A stretch of DNA of 64,000 bases from an uncultured Spirochaetales bacterium (GTDB lineage Bacteria; Spirochaetota; Spirochaetia; SZUA-6). The stretch spans positions 73,830 through 137,829 of the forward strand of contig CAZQTC010000031.1 in assembly GCA_964596425.1 (NCBI GenBank). The letters run 5' to 3'. Made by a program: the position numbers and the translations under genes. This document shows, piece after piece, positions 54,521 through 63,523 of the stretch. Within the stretch, counting starts at the first letter, position 1. Every line of letters starts with the position of its first letter. The notes beneath the pieces were generated by a model. The model saw only the letters and a program-made list of their open reading frames with translations. It was not told the origin of the DNA and ran no database searches.

Positions 54521-54859
54521 TCAGGTTGATCCGAAAATGAGCCCTACAGCTCTCGAAAAATCCTCCCACATACCCAGTTTCCTGGCAAGAACCTCTTCTC
54601 CCTTCTCGGTTATTTTGTAGTATTTCCTCTCCTGTTCTCCCCTATGCTTTTTCCATATACCCCTAACAAGACCTGCCTGTTCTAATTTGTGGAGTGCAGG
54701 GTATACGGTTCCCTCTTTGAAACGAAAGTATCCCTCGCTTCTCTTTTCTACCTCTTTTATCAATTGATAACCATAGGTCTCGGTTAGTTCTCTTATGAGA
54801 AAGAGGAGTAATAGGTCGGTATTCCCCCTTAACAGGTCAGCTTTGTATCCGTTATCCAT
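54521..54859 (-). CDS. PadR-family transcriptional regulator
   Basis: YGYQLI, KEGTVYPALHKLE, RKYYKITEKG. Confidence 0.92.
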   Translation of the reverse strand: MDNGYKADLLRGNTDLLLLFLIRELTETYGYQLIKEVEKRSEGYFRFKEGTVYPALHKLEQAGLVRGIWKKHRGEQERKYYKITEKGEEVLARKLGMWEDFSRAVGLIFGST

Positions 54860-54865
54860 ATCTAT

Positions 54866-54895
54866 ATTTTAATTACAGTTCTCCCTATATGTCAA
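54866..54895 (-). promoter_or_regulatory. padR promoter 6 nt before the ATG (leaderless candidate)
   Basis: TTGACA-18 bp-TAAAAT-atagat-ATG; no SD. Confidence 0.6.
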
Positions 54896-54936
54896 CAATG
54901 TTGGTTTTGTAGAGATAATTCCTTGATATTTAGAGT

Positions 54937-54961
54937 GCCTATGTATAGACAGCCTATGTAT
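54937..54961 (+). repeat. 10-bp direct repeat upstream of the radical SAM gene (candidate operator)
   Basis: GCCTATGTAT at 54937 and 54952. Confidence 0.45.
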
Positions 54962-55044
54962 TTTTTCCTAAGATATTGGTAGAATTTAACAGGAATATTT
55001 AGCGTCCATTTGGTGTTTTATTTGATTTTTATGGAGGCATAGTC

Positions 55045-56376
55045 ATGGAGAGAGAAAGGGTATATCTGAGATTTTTCGGTAAGAAATTGATTAGTTACGA
55101 AATACAAGATGATGGTTCTATTAGAGGTACCGGTTTGTTAAATCCTATTCTCGACCGATGGAGGGTTTTCAGAATCTTACTTATGTTGATCCTCCAGGCC
55201 GGATTTTATAGTAAGTATAAAAATCTTGGGAAATGGAAGGGAAAGCGAGTTTCTAATCCCTTCGCCCCACCTGTTGGGAGTAAACCACAGATGCGAGCGC
55301 TTAAGGGATTGCTTAGAAAGGAGCTTAGGGGCAGACCCACTCCTCTTGCCATGACTTTTGCGGTTACCTATAGGTGTCAACTCCGTTGCATTCATTGTAG
55401 CGCCGCTAACCATATAAGATTTGATGTGCCGGAGCTCTCAACGGAGGAAGCTAAGCGTTTAATTGATGATGCCGAAGATTTGGGGGTAACGGTGATTGCC
55501 TTTACAGGTGGTGAACCCCTCTTAAGAAAAGATATATTTGAGCTTGTAGCACATGTTGATGAGAGGAAGGCAGTTCCTATAATGTTTACAAATGCTCTTC
55601 TTTTGAGCGAGGAAACGGTTGACAAACTTAGAGATGCTGGTTTGTATACCGTATTTGTTAGTATAGATAGCCCCATTCCAGAGGAACATGATTCTTTTAG
55701 AGGAAAACCTGGATTGTTTGAGAGGGCTGTGAAGGCTATAAGAATTGTAAAATCCAGGGGGATTTTCGTGGGAATCTCCTCCTATATTACCCGATCCGGT
55801 GCTGCGAAGGGGTTGTACAAACACCTCTACGATTTTGCCAGAGAACTAGGAGTGGATGATGTTATACTCTTTGATGCTGTTCCTACGGGGAGCCTTCTCC
55901 ATGACACCAGTGAGGTTTTAACCCCTGAACAGAGGGTAGAAATAATGGAATACTCGGAGAAAATATTTGAGAAGAGTATTATTCCACCCCTCTCTTCACA
56001 GTCATGGCAAAACTCTGTAGAGGGGTATCTCTCCGGTATCGGGTGTCTTGCCGCTAATGTTCAGTTTTACGCCAGTGCCTATGGTGATATCGCCCCCTGT
56101 GATTTTACTCCTCTTTCCTTTGGTAATGTGCGAAATGAACCCCTTAGAGACATTTGGGATAGAATGACTAATCATCCGGCGTACAATCACAGGGTAAGTT
56201 ACTGTAGAATGCAAAATCCAAAATTTAGGCGCTGTTATATCGATCCTATACCTGCTGGTGCTACTTTACCTTATCCCATCGATAACTTGCCTGCTGTTGA
56301 TTATAGGAAGTGTGATTTAGAATCTCCCCATGGGATGAAGGAGAAAGAAAATGTGAAAGAAAAATTGATTTCTTAG
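55045..56376 (+). CDS. Radical SAM protein with SPASM/Twitch-type C-terminus
   Basis: CQLRCIHC, TGGEPLLR, FTNA, VSIDS, GCLA, GDIAPCDF, CRMQ. Confidence 0.9.
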   Translation: MERERVYLRFFGKKLISYEIQDDGSIRGTGLLNPILDRWRVFRILLMLILQAGFYSKYKNLGKWKGKRVSNPFAPPVGSKPQMRALKGLLRKELRGRPTPLAMTFAVTYRCQLRCIHCSAANHIRFDVPELSTEEAKRLIDDAEDLGVTVIAFTGGEPLLRKDIFELVAHVDERKAVPIMFTNALLLSEETVDKLRDAGLYTVFVSIDSPIPEEHDSFRGKPGLFERAVKAIRIVKSRGIFVGISSYITRSGAAKGLYKHLYDFARELGVDDVILFDAVPTGSLLHDTSEVLTPEQRVEIMEYSEKIFEKSIIPPLSSQSWQNSVEGYLSGIGCLAANVQFYASAYGDIAPCDFTPLSFGNVRNEPLRDIWDRMTNHPAYNHRVSYCRMQNPKFRRCYIDPIPAGATLPYPIDNLPAVDYRKCDLESPHGMKEKENVKEKLIS

Positions 56377-56413
56377 ATTGATCTATTGAGCTAATGAGGG
56401 CTAAATATAGCGT

Positions 56414-57463
56414 ATGGGTGGTGGAAGTAAGATAGTTTTTTCTAAGTACATGGGAATGTTTTTTATACTGCTCTTGATTTTTGCAGGGGTGATAAAGATC
56501 CATTCGATTTTGACGGAGTCTAAGATCTCTCAGTGGAACTATCATACGCTTCAGCGGATACGCGAGATAGAAAAAAACAGTAAAACGCCGGGTAAATTTT
56601 CTTTTGTTGTTTTTGGGGACAATAAAAATTCTGTGAAGACTTTTGATAGTCTGATTTCCAGGTTAAATAAAGAAGATGTAGCTTTTGCGATTGATGACGG
56701 AGATTTGGTCTATGATGGAGAGAGGGAGAAGTTTAGATTTTTCCTGGATCAGTTAAAGGGATTAGAAAAACCCCTCTTTACCGTACTGGGAAATCATGGA
56801 ATTAGAGAGGAGGGAAGAGCTCCCTACTACGATATTTTTGGACCCTTTTATTACTCTTTCACTTTTGGTAATAGTTACTTCATCATTCTTGACGATGCCA
56901 ATGAGAGAAGCCTTGGGGGATTTCAACTTGAGTGGCTAAGGCGCGAATTAGAAAAAGCTGGGAGATACAGATACCGTTTCGTATTTATGCATGTTCCGCT
57001 CTACGATCCTAGGCGAGGGAAGTACGGAGTGGGACATAGTCTTAAAGATTTAAATTATGCTAGACGGCTTAATAGGATTTTGGACAGTGGCAATGTTACT
57101 ATGCTCTTTTGTTCACATATACATGGGTATTATAGGGGTGTGTGGGGTAAGACCCCCTATATAATTACCGGTGGCGCCGGAGCTGAATTGGCCGGGGCAG
57201 ATCCACAACATTACTTTTATCACTATATAAAGGTAAATGTGGATAAATCGGGTGTTAAGTTTGACATTGTTAAATTGAAGAGCCCGGATTTTGAATTGAT
57301 AGACAGATTAACTCATGATGTGTGGATCTATATCTACGCTTTCTTTGCCATACATTTCGTGGATGCTTTGTTGTTCATATCACTCCTTTACCTCGGTACC
57401 TATCTCATCTGGGTAAAGAGGGGATGGATACTCAAAAAATTGAGACTTGACCGACACGAATAA
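56414..57463 (+). CDS. Membrane-anchored calcineurin-like metallophosphoesterase
   Basis: GDNK, GDLV, GNHG, HVP, SHIH; TMs at both termini. Confidence 0.88.
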   Translation: MGGGSKIVFSKYMGMFFILLLIFAGVIKIHSILTESKISQWNYHTLQRIREIEKNSKTPGKFSFVVFGDNKNSVKTFDSLISRLNKEDVAFAIDDGDLVYDGEREKFRFFLDQLKGLEKPLFTVLGNHGIREEGRAPYYDIFGPFYYSFTFGNSYFIILDDANERSLGGFQLEWLRRELEKAGRYRYRFVFMHVPLYDPRRGKYGVGHSLKDLNYARRLNRILDSGNVTMLFCSHIHGYYRGVWGKTPYIITGGAGAELAGADPQHYFYHYIKVNVDKSGVKFDIVKLKSPDFELIDRLTHDVWIYIYAFFAIHFVDALLFISLLYLGTYLIWVKRGWILKKLRLDRHE

Positions 57464-57479
57464 TTTCTGTCAGAGAAGG

Positions 57480-57746
57480 CTAGAAGAAATTATAATGTTT
57501 TTTGATCGGTTCGGTTATATTCCACTTGCATTGAAGCCCTTTAGGGAAAATGACAAAATCACCCTTTTTTATCTCTACGTTTTTATCACCGTAAGTTATG
57601 AGGGCTCTTCCCTCTAGAATGAGACATCTCTCCTCCGATGAATAGGACCAGTCAAACTGAGAGACTTCCTTTTCCCATATGGGCCATGATTTTATACCCA
57701 TCTCTTCTATTTCTTTATCGTTTAGTTTTTTTACCTCTACGTCCAT
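57480..57746 (-). CDS. Cupin domain protein (DUF861-like)
   Basis: WPIWEKEVSQFDWSY..EERCLILEG..GDFVIFPKG..CKW. Confidence 0.85.
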   Translation of the reverse strand: MDVEVKKLNDKEIEEMGIKSWPIWEKEVSQFDWSYSSEERCLILEGRALITYGDKNVEIKKGDFVIFPKGLQCKWNITEPIKKHYNFF

Positions 57747-57803
57747 AGTGTCTAAATTTAAGATATTTTATCGTGATGTTGTCAAGTACCAATTGCGATT
57801 GTG

Positions 57804-58973
57804 TTACGTTTGCCATGTCGGGTGTTGTCTATGGTTTTGTTTTGTTATTACTAGAGCCTGAACGATTAGAGTAGTTACTGCCAATGCGGAACACACGAGA
57901 TAGACACTCTTCATGGATATATCTTGAAGTATAAAGCCCCCTGCGGTGGAACCGGAAACAATTCCAAGGGTTAGTATTGCCTCGTGAATTGCCATTCTTG
58001 CCGCTCTGTGTGAGCTTCCTGATACTCCGTGGAATATGCTTAAGTTGTAGTTAAGTGCGAAGATGATACCGAAGAGCAACATTAAGATACCCGTTGTTAC
58101 TATGTTCCTGGTGAAAATCATTCCCATTACGGCGGTTAAAAGAAGGATTTGACCCAGGATAATCACTCTGGGGTTGAAATGCCAGAATTTGAATTTGCCA
58201 AGGAAGATAAATATTAGAGTTGTCGAGAGACTCCTTATAAGTAGAAGTGTTCCTATCAGAGTTTTGCTAATGTGGAGTGATTCTCTTGCGAATATGGGAA
58301 AGACGTTGACGATCACGCCGAGGGTAAAATACGTGGAGAACAGTCCTATCCATGCAGGATAGCGTAGAGGAGTGCTTCTATCTCCGGCAGATGTTTCTTG
58401 AGACCCTTGTGCCTGGAGGTTTTCGCCCCTATATTTTGTTTTTTTTATGAGGAGTAGAATAACCGTTGAATTGAGTAGGAACAGGATTAGGGAAACAATT
58501 AGGGGAAGACTTGAACTTGCCTGGCTTAGTGCCCCGCTTATTAGAGGGCTCAGGATAAGACCGGAACTCCATGAGAGATTATAAAAACCGATCTTTTTAC
58601 CTAGTAATTTTCCTTCTGCACCGGCGGACATCCATCCCATTGCCTGAGGCCAGAAGAGTGAGAGGGAGAGTCCGAACATACTGTAAAAGATGAATAGAAG
58701 GGTTAGGTTCCTTACCAGGTATGTGAGCAGGAGAAAAAATGCCATTAGGATACCGGAAATGGTCATTGAACGGTGAGGTGGTAAAATTTTGAGGAGTGGC
58801 TTTAGGGTTAGACATCCCACAAAATAGAAGAACGCCCACATGCTACCTATCCAGCCTATTGTCCCTGCGGAGGCGTTGTATACGTCCTTTATATAGAAAA
58901 TGATTCCGAGGGTAACTATACCCTCGGAGAGTGCTGTAACAAAGGCGGAAAAGTATATTATTCTTTCTTTCAT
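57804..58973 (-). CDS. MFS transporter
   Basis: 389 aa; about 12 TMs; FWPQAMGW, YNLSWSSG. Confidence 0.82.
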   Translation of the reverse strand: MKERIIYFSAFVTALSEGIVTLGIIFYIKDVYNASAGTIGWIGSMWAFFYFVGCLTLKPLLKILPPHRSMTISGILMAFFLLLTYLVRNLTLLFIFYSMFGLSLSLFWPQAMGWMSAGAEGKLLGKKIGFYNLSWSSGLILSPLISGALSQASSSLPLIVSLILFLLNSTVILLLIKKTKYRGENLQAQGSQETSAGDRSTPLRYPAWIGLFSTYFTLGVIVNVFPIFARESLHISKTLIGTLLLIRSLSTTLIFIFLGKFKFWHFNPRVIILGQILLLTAVMGMIFTRNIVTTGILMLLFGIIFALNYNLSIFHGVSGSSHRAARMAIHEAILTLGIVSGSTAGGFILQDISMKSVYLVCSALAVTTLIVQALVITKQNHRQHPTWQT

Positions 58974-58983
58974 TTAATAATCT

Positions 58984-59772
58984 TCAAAATGACGTGCCGA
59001 ATGAATCTCCCATTATAGAGGCGGATCTCCACCAGTCAAAGTAATCTCTCTGAAGCTCTTCTTCCGTCGGGAATCTGTAGAACAGTACCGTATTTCTGTC
59101 GCCAATGTAAAAACCGGTTTCAATTGTTCTGTATGGAAACCACTGAGGGTTTATTCTGTTTACCGTTTTGGTATGCTTTTGGGGATTTGCCTTTAGTTGT
59201 TTAAGACAATCCCTGAGGTGTTCTACAGAGTAATACGGTAGGTTTCCAACTCTACCGTGTTCAGGGTCTTCTGCCAGCTCACCCAGATTTAAATCAACAA
59301 AACATATCTTTGGGACGTAGAGATTTTGTTTTTCATCTGTGATGTATTTTATAAAGTCAACTGGTTTTAGATGGCTCACTATTCTTGAATGGACAGGGCA
59401 GAGTTCCTGGTATAGGTTGTATTTGTGAGGTTTTTCGATGACTCTCTCATGTCTTTTTAGTTCCATAACTTTCCCGTCTGGGGTAACGAGATATAATTCT
59501 CTTAGGGTTTGAAGGGGAATTCTCTCCATAACCCTGTAGATTGAGATATAAACGGAGTGTTTGGGTTGACCGTCCGGATGGGGAACACATCGTTTTTTAG
59601 CATCTTCCAGGTTGAAATCGGTACCTTCTAATCCTTCAACTGTAAAATAGATGGCCTGACCATGTGCTCGTTTCTCCGTGCCAACAGCCAGATAGGTTCC
59701 AAACTCGCGTGGGGGAAGCATAGAGGCCACCAGGGCTTCCGGGGTTAAGAGAAAGTAAAAATATACACTCAT
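58984..59772 (-). CDS. Conserved-looking hypothetical protein
   Basis: 262 aa; SD AGGAG; contains an apparent internal repeat (HSVYISIYRVMERIP / HTKTVNRINP). Confidence 0.7.
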   Translation of the reverse strand: MSVYFYFLLTPEALVASMLPPREFGTYLAVGTEKRAHGQAIYFTVEGLEGTDFNLEDAKKRCVPHPDGQPKHSVYISIYRVMERIPLQTLRELYLVTPDGKVMELKRHERVIEKPHKYNLYQELCPVHSRIVSHLKPVDFIKYITDEKQNLYVPKICFVDLNLGELAEDPEHGRVGNLPYYSVEHLRDCLKQLKANPQKHTKTVNRINPQWFPYRTIETGFYIGDRNTVLFYRFPTEEELQRDYFDWWRSASIMGDSFGTSF

Positions 59773-59794
59773 TTTCCACTCCTTTTTAGGGTAT

Positions 59795-59828
59795 GATTTA
59801 TAATAAATCTAATCTTTTAGGTTTTCAA
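59795..59828 (-). promoter_or_regulatory. Promoter overlapped by a 7-1-7 palindrome
   Basis: Minus strand TTGAAA-17-TATTAT; the -10 lies inside GATTTAT-A-ATAAATC (59795-59809). Confidence 0.55.
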
Positions 59829-59848
59829 TATTAATGTAATCTCAAATA

Positions 59849-60535
59849 TCAGAAATTTAAATCGGGGTAGACCTGAAAATTTATAAATTCCCACCTGTAA
59901 AGATATGTTCTTATCCCGTTTGTATCTGTGTTATTTAGAGCAAAGAGAGAAATGCCCGTGTTTGACATGGGAAAGAGAGGCATCCACGCCCTGTGCCCGA
60001 AAGAGGCTTTTATTAGCCACTGGATAAGTCCCGCATGACTCACGGTTACTATATTTATATTTCTCTCCGGGGCTTTTTCGTTTGACTGTAGAAATGATAG
60101 TAGGAGCTTCCAATGTTTCTCTGCGCGTCCATATATTTCCTCTGTTTTTTCAGCCCCGGGGACCCCTTCCCAGCTTTTTTGTTGGAAGTTTTTCCACACC
60201 TCAGGGTATTTAATTGGAAGTTCGTCTAGAGATTCCCCGCTAAAAATTCCGGTATCCAGTTCTATTAGATTGTCATCTTCGATGAAATTTTCCGTTCCCG
60301 TTTTTTCCCGTATTATCTCGGCTGTTTCTCGTGCCCGACTTAAGGGTGAGGTAACAATTAATGAAACTTTCTTGTTTTTAAACCATTCTGCTACTTTCTG
60401 AGCCTGCGCTCGCCCCCTGGATGAGAGAGGGTAATCCTTGTGTCCCTGAATTATGTTTTTCTGATTTCCCATACTTTCGCCATGCCTGACAAAGTAAAAA
60501 TTTGCCTTCCCCATGGTTGCTTTGAAATTGATCAT
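59849..60535 (-). CDS. Histidine phosphatase family protein
   Basis: RHGES, TSPLSRARETA, LIELDTG, SHAG. Confidence 0.9.
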   Translation of the reverse strand: MINFKATMGKANFYFVRHGESMGNQKNIIQGHKDYPLSSRGRAQAQKVAEWFKNKKVSLIVTSPLSRARETAEIIREKTGTENFIEDDNLIELDTGIFSGESLDELPIKYPEVWKNFQQKSWEGVPGAEKTEEIYGRAEKHWKLLLSFLQSNEKAPERNINIVTVSHAGLIQWLIKASFGHRAWMPLFPMSNTGISLFALNNTDTNGIRTYLYRWEFINFQVYPDLNF

Positions 60536-60572
60536 CTCGGCTTTCCCTTCAACCTCTCCCTGACGTTTATAT

Positions 60573-61922
60573 TTAAACCTTTCCTGAGGCTATTAGCCCT
60601 TTGTACCAGTGAGCACTCTTTTTCCACTGACGCTTTAGGGTTTCAAAGTCCACCCGTATTATCCCAAATCTCATATCGTAGCCGTGTGCCCATTCAAAAT
60701 TATCCAGTAACGACCAGAGGAAGTAACCCTTGAGGTTTACATCTTCCTCTATTGCTTTTAGTGCCATTTTAATGTGTTGTTTGAGATAATCTATCCTTTC
60801 GTCGTCTTCAAGGGGGTTTTTCATGTTTTCCTCTTTAAGCGGATAGCCGTTCTCCGTTATATAGGTTGGTATGTTGTCGTACTCGTCCCGGATTCGTATA
60901 AGAAGATTGTACAGCCCCTCAGGGTATATTTCCCACATCTCGCTCCGTTTTACCCCCGGAGTTTGTACCTCTTTTGCATGAGTTACAGGGGTAAAGAAGG
61001 AATGCTTATAGGTGCGGGAGGTGTAGTAATTTATCCCTGCAAAATCGAGTGTGTTTTGCATATCTTCTAGGTCCTTTTCGAATCCCCAGGGGAGATACTT
61101 GCCGAATTTTTTTACTACTTCTTCCGGATATTCTCCCCTTGTTAAGGGGTCTATGTATGTACGGTTTACCAGTTTGTCCATAAAATTGCTTGCCCTCACG
61201 TCTTTGGCTGATTGGGGATTGGCAGGTTTCATCCATATCTGTGCCTCTGCAACTCCGAGTTTTCCTGTTTTGATCAGGGTATGGAGAAGTTTGTGGGTTT
61301 TGGCATGGCAGAGGAGTAGATAATGAGTTGCATGAAACATCCCCATTGGGTTTCTCTTTTTGCCCGGAGCCATGTCACCAAAGATATAGCCGGATACGGC
61401 GTATACAACGGGCTCATTAATTGATATCCAGTGTTTCACCACATCACCAAATTCTTTGAAGAGAGTTTCCGCATAAAATAAGAAGTGATTTACCGATTCT
61501 CTGTTTGTAAGGCCCCCTATTTTTTCAAGCCAGAGGGGAGTATCCCAGTGGAAAAGTGTAACAAAGGGCTCTATCCCGCTTTCGAGAAGTTTATTAATTA
61601 TTCGTCTATAGAAATCCAATCCCTTATCGTTAACAGTATACGGACTTGGAACAATCCTTGGCCAGGCAATGGAGAATCTGTACGCCTTTACACCGAGATT
61701 GCGGAGGTGAAGTATGTCCTCTTCGTACCTGTGATAGTGATCACAGGCTATATCACCGTTTTCGTTATTGTGTATTTTCCCCGGAATATGTGAAAACTCA
61801 TGCCATATGGAGGGGGATGCTCCGTCCTCCAGTGGGTAGCCCTCTATTTGGTATGAGGCTGTGGCCGTTCCCCAGATAAAGCTTTCCGGAAACTTTTTGA
61901 TTTTGGTATCCTTACTCTCCAT
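60573..61922 (-). CDS. Glycoside hydrolase family 1 beta-glucosidase
   Basis: WGTATASYQIEG, YRFSIAWPR, NEP acid/base, ITENG nucleophile, WSLLDNFEW. Confidence 0.95.
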   Translation of the reverse strand: MESKDTKIKKFPESFIWGTATASYQIEGYPLEDGASPSIWHEFSHIPGKIHNNENGDIACDHYHRYEEDILHLRNLGVKAYRFSIAWPRIVPSPYTVNDKGLDFYRRIINKLLESGIEPFVTLFHWDTPLWLEKIGGLTNRESVNHFLFYAETLFKEFGDVVKHWISINEPVVYAVSGYIFGDMAPGKKRNPMGMFHATHYLLLCHAKTHKLLHTLIKTGKLGVAEAQIWMKPANPQSAKDVRASNFMDKLVNRTYIDPLTRGEYPEEVVKKFGKYLPWGFEKDLEDMQNTLDFAGINYYTSRTYKHSFFTPVTHAKEVQTPGVKRSEMWEIYPEGLYNLLIRIRDEYDNIPTYITENGYPLKEENMKNPLEDDERIDYLKQHIKMALKAIEEDVNLKGYFLWSLLDNFEWAHGYDMRFGIIRVDFETLKRQWKKSAHWYKGLIASGKV

Positions 61923-62294
61923 TTCTATTCCTTTCTTATAGTCTTATAGCCGGTACAAATGATTGGCTTTGTTCTCTGGTATAGAATTTAATTTTATAGA
62001 TGCACACATGTTTCTGCAAGTGTAATATCGTGGTGATATTCGAGAAGGGGTGTTTTGAGGAAATTTATAATGGTGAAATTTTTTCGAAGGGAAAATTAGA
62101 GTGGTTTATTGACAATTTTAATTTATTATGTTTTTTGGGGTGTGAGTCAATGGCTAGCCTCTTTCCGACAACGCTTACTGTGAAAATTGTTGGACATGAG
62201 ATTGTTAAAATTAATGGGCTTGAACGGAGGAAAGCAGAAAAACAAATAGGTAGATAATTCCTGGAATAGTGATGGGTATTGCAAATTATCTCGT

Positions 62295-63341
62295 TTAAAG
62301 CAGCGTAGCCAAATTGTATTTTTGTGAGAGTTTTTTTAGGGCTTGGAGGGTATCAGTATCTATGGCAATTCCCTCTTTTAGCGATATCTCTCGTTCTTTA
62401 AGTGCTCTCTCTCCGGGAAATCTTATTTCGGTAAAGCCGGGTCGCAATTTGCTGCTCTTTACGTGGGTTAAGAAACGTTTTATTTCTCCGTAGTAGTAAT
62501 CTTTTCCCTCAAAGGCTGTGGGGTCTATTAACATGAGTATTATCGTCTGTCTTGTCGGGGATGAGGGATTGTTTGCACTCCCGCCTACCATTGCTGTTAA
62601 GGCTTCTATCCAGAGGGAAAGAGCATAGCCCTTGTACCCGTAGTTTACACCCCCGAAGAAGAGAAGGGTTCCCCCCTCTGGTACTACATTTGGGTTGTCG
62701 GTTGGGTTTCCCTCTCTGTCGAGAAACGCGGCCTCCGGTGCCTTTTTGTTTTCCTTTATCAGGGTGTTCATTTTACCTACGGACATTGATGCGGTTGAGA
62801 AATCCGCAAATACGGGGGAGTTTCCGGAAGGATCCGTTGGGAATGCGAGCCCTATGGGGTTTGTGGAGAACCTACCCTCCGTCCCTCCGAAGGGTGCACA
62901 GTCGGTGCATGTAGAGGTTTGTGCCCAGAGGTGTGCAAAGAACCCTTCCTCTGCGAGAGAGACAAGGTATGGTCCTACTGCACCCATCCACAGAGAATTT
63001 TTTATTCCTACCATACTTATACCTGTTTCTCTTACCTTTTGTTTTGCTATTTCTTTAGCCTTGACCATTGCGATTTGGCTGAATCCGCTGTGCGAATCTA
63101 TCAATGCGATTCCCGCCTTCTCTCTTATAACCTCTGGCTCTGCCTTCGGGTTTAGGTCTTTGGGGATAACACTATCAAAATAGGGGAAAAGTTTTACCCC
63201 GTGGGTATGTATGCCCATGGCCTCTGTTTCCACTACTATCTCTGTTACCTGTTTGGCCTTTTCCTGTGAGACCCCCTTGCTTTTAAGGTATTCAATACCA
63301 AATGCATTTAATTTGTCTCTCGATACTCTCTCCAGTTCCAT
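62295..63341 (-). CDS. Ldh_2 family (type-2 malate/L-lactate dehydrogenase-like) oxidoreductase
   Basis: GIHTHG, TNPIG, DFSTAS, YKGYALS, FPGER. Confidence 0.88.
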   Translation of the reverse strand: MELERVSRDKLNAFGIEYLKSKGVSQEKAKQVTEIVVETEAMGIHTHGVKLFPYFDSVIPKDLNPKAEPEVIREKAGIALIDSHSGFSQIAMVKAKEIAKQKVRETGISMVGIKNSLWMGAVGPYLVSLAEEGFFAHLWAQTSTCTDCAPFGGTEGRFSTNPIGLAFPTDPSGNSPVFADFSTASMSVGKMNTLIKENKKAPEAAFLDREGNPTDNPNVVPEGGTLLFFGGVNYGYKGYALSLWIEALTAMVGGSANNPSSPTRQTIILMLIDPTAFEGKDYYYGEIKRFLTHVKSSKLRPGFTEIRFPGERALKEREISLKEGIAIDTDTLQALKKLSQKYNLATLL

Positions 63342-63523
63342 CGTTACCCCCGGGATTTTAATTTATAATTTTACAATTTGTTAGTTTAGTATAGCCTATA
63401 TTTATCTATTGTGAAAGTGTGTGATGAGAGGGTAATTTTAAAAGACTAAATTTTTATTGAAACTATTGGAGAGTTTGGCTTAAGATGAAATAAATGGACA
63501 TGGAATGATAGTATGGAGGGTAA

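Noticed and set aside
62000-62257. 85-aa ORF between GH1 and Ldh_2
   Set aside because: No convincing SD or motif, and it lies in AT-rich intergenic DNA; treated as spurious, though a 35-aa sub-ORF cannot be excluded.
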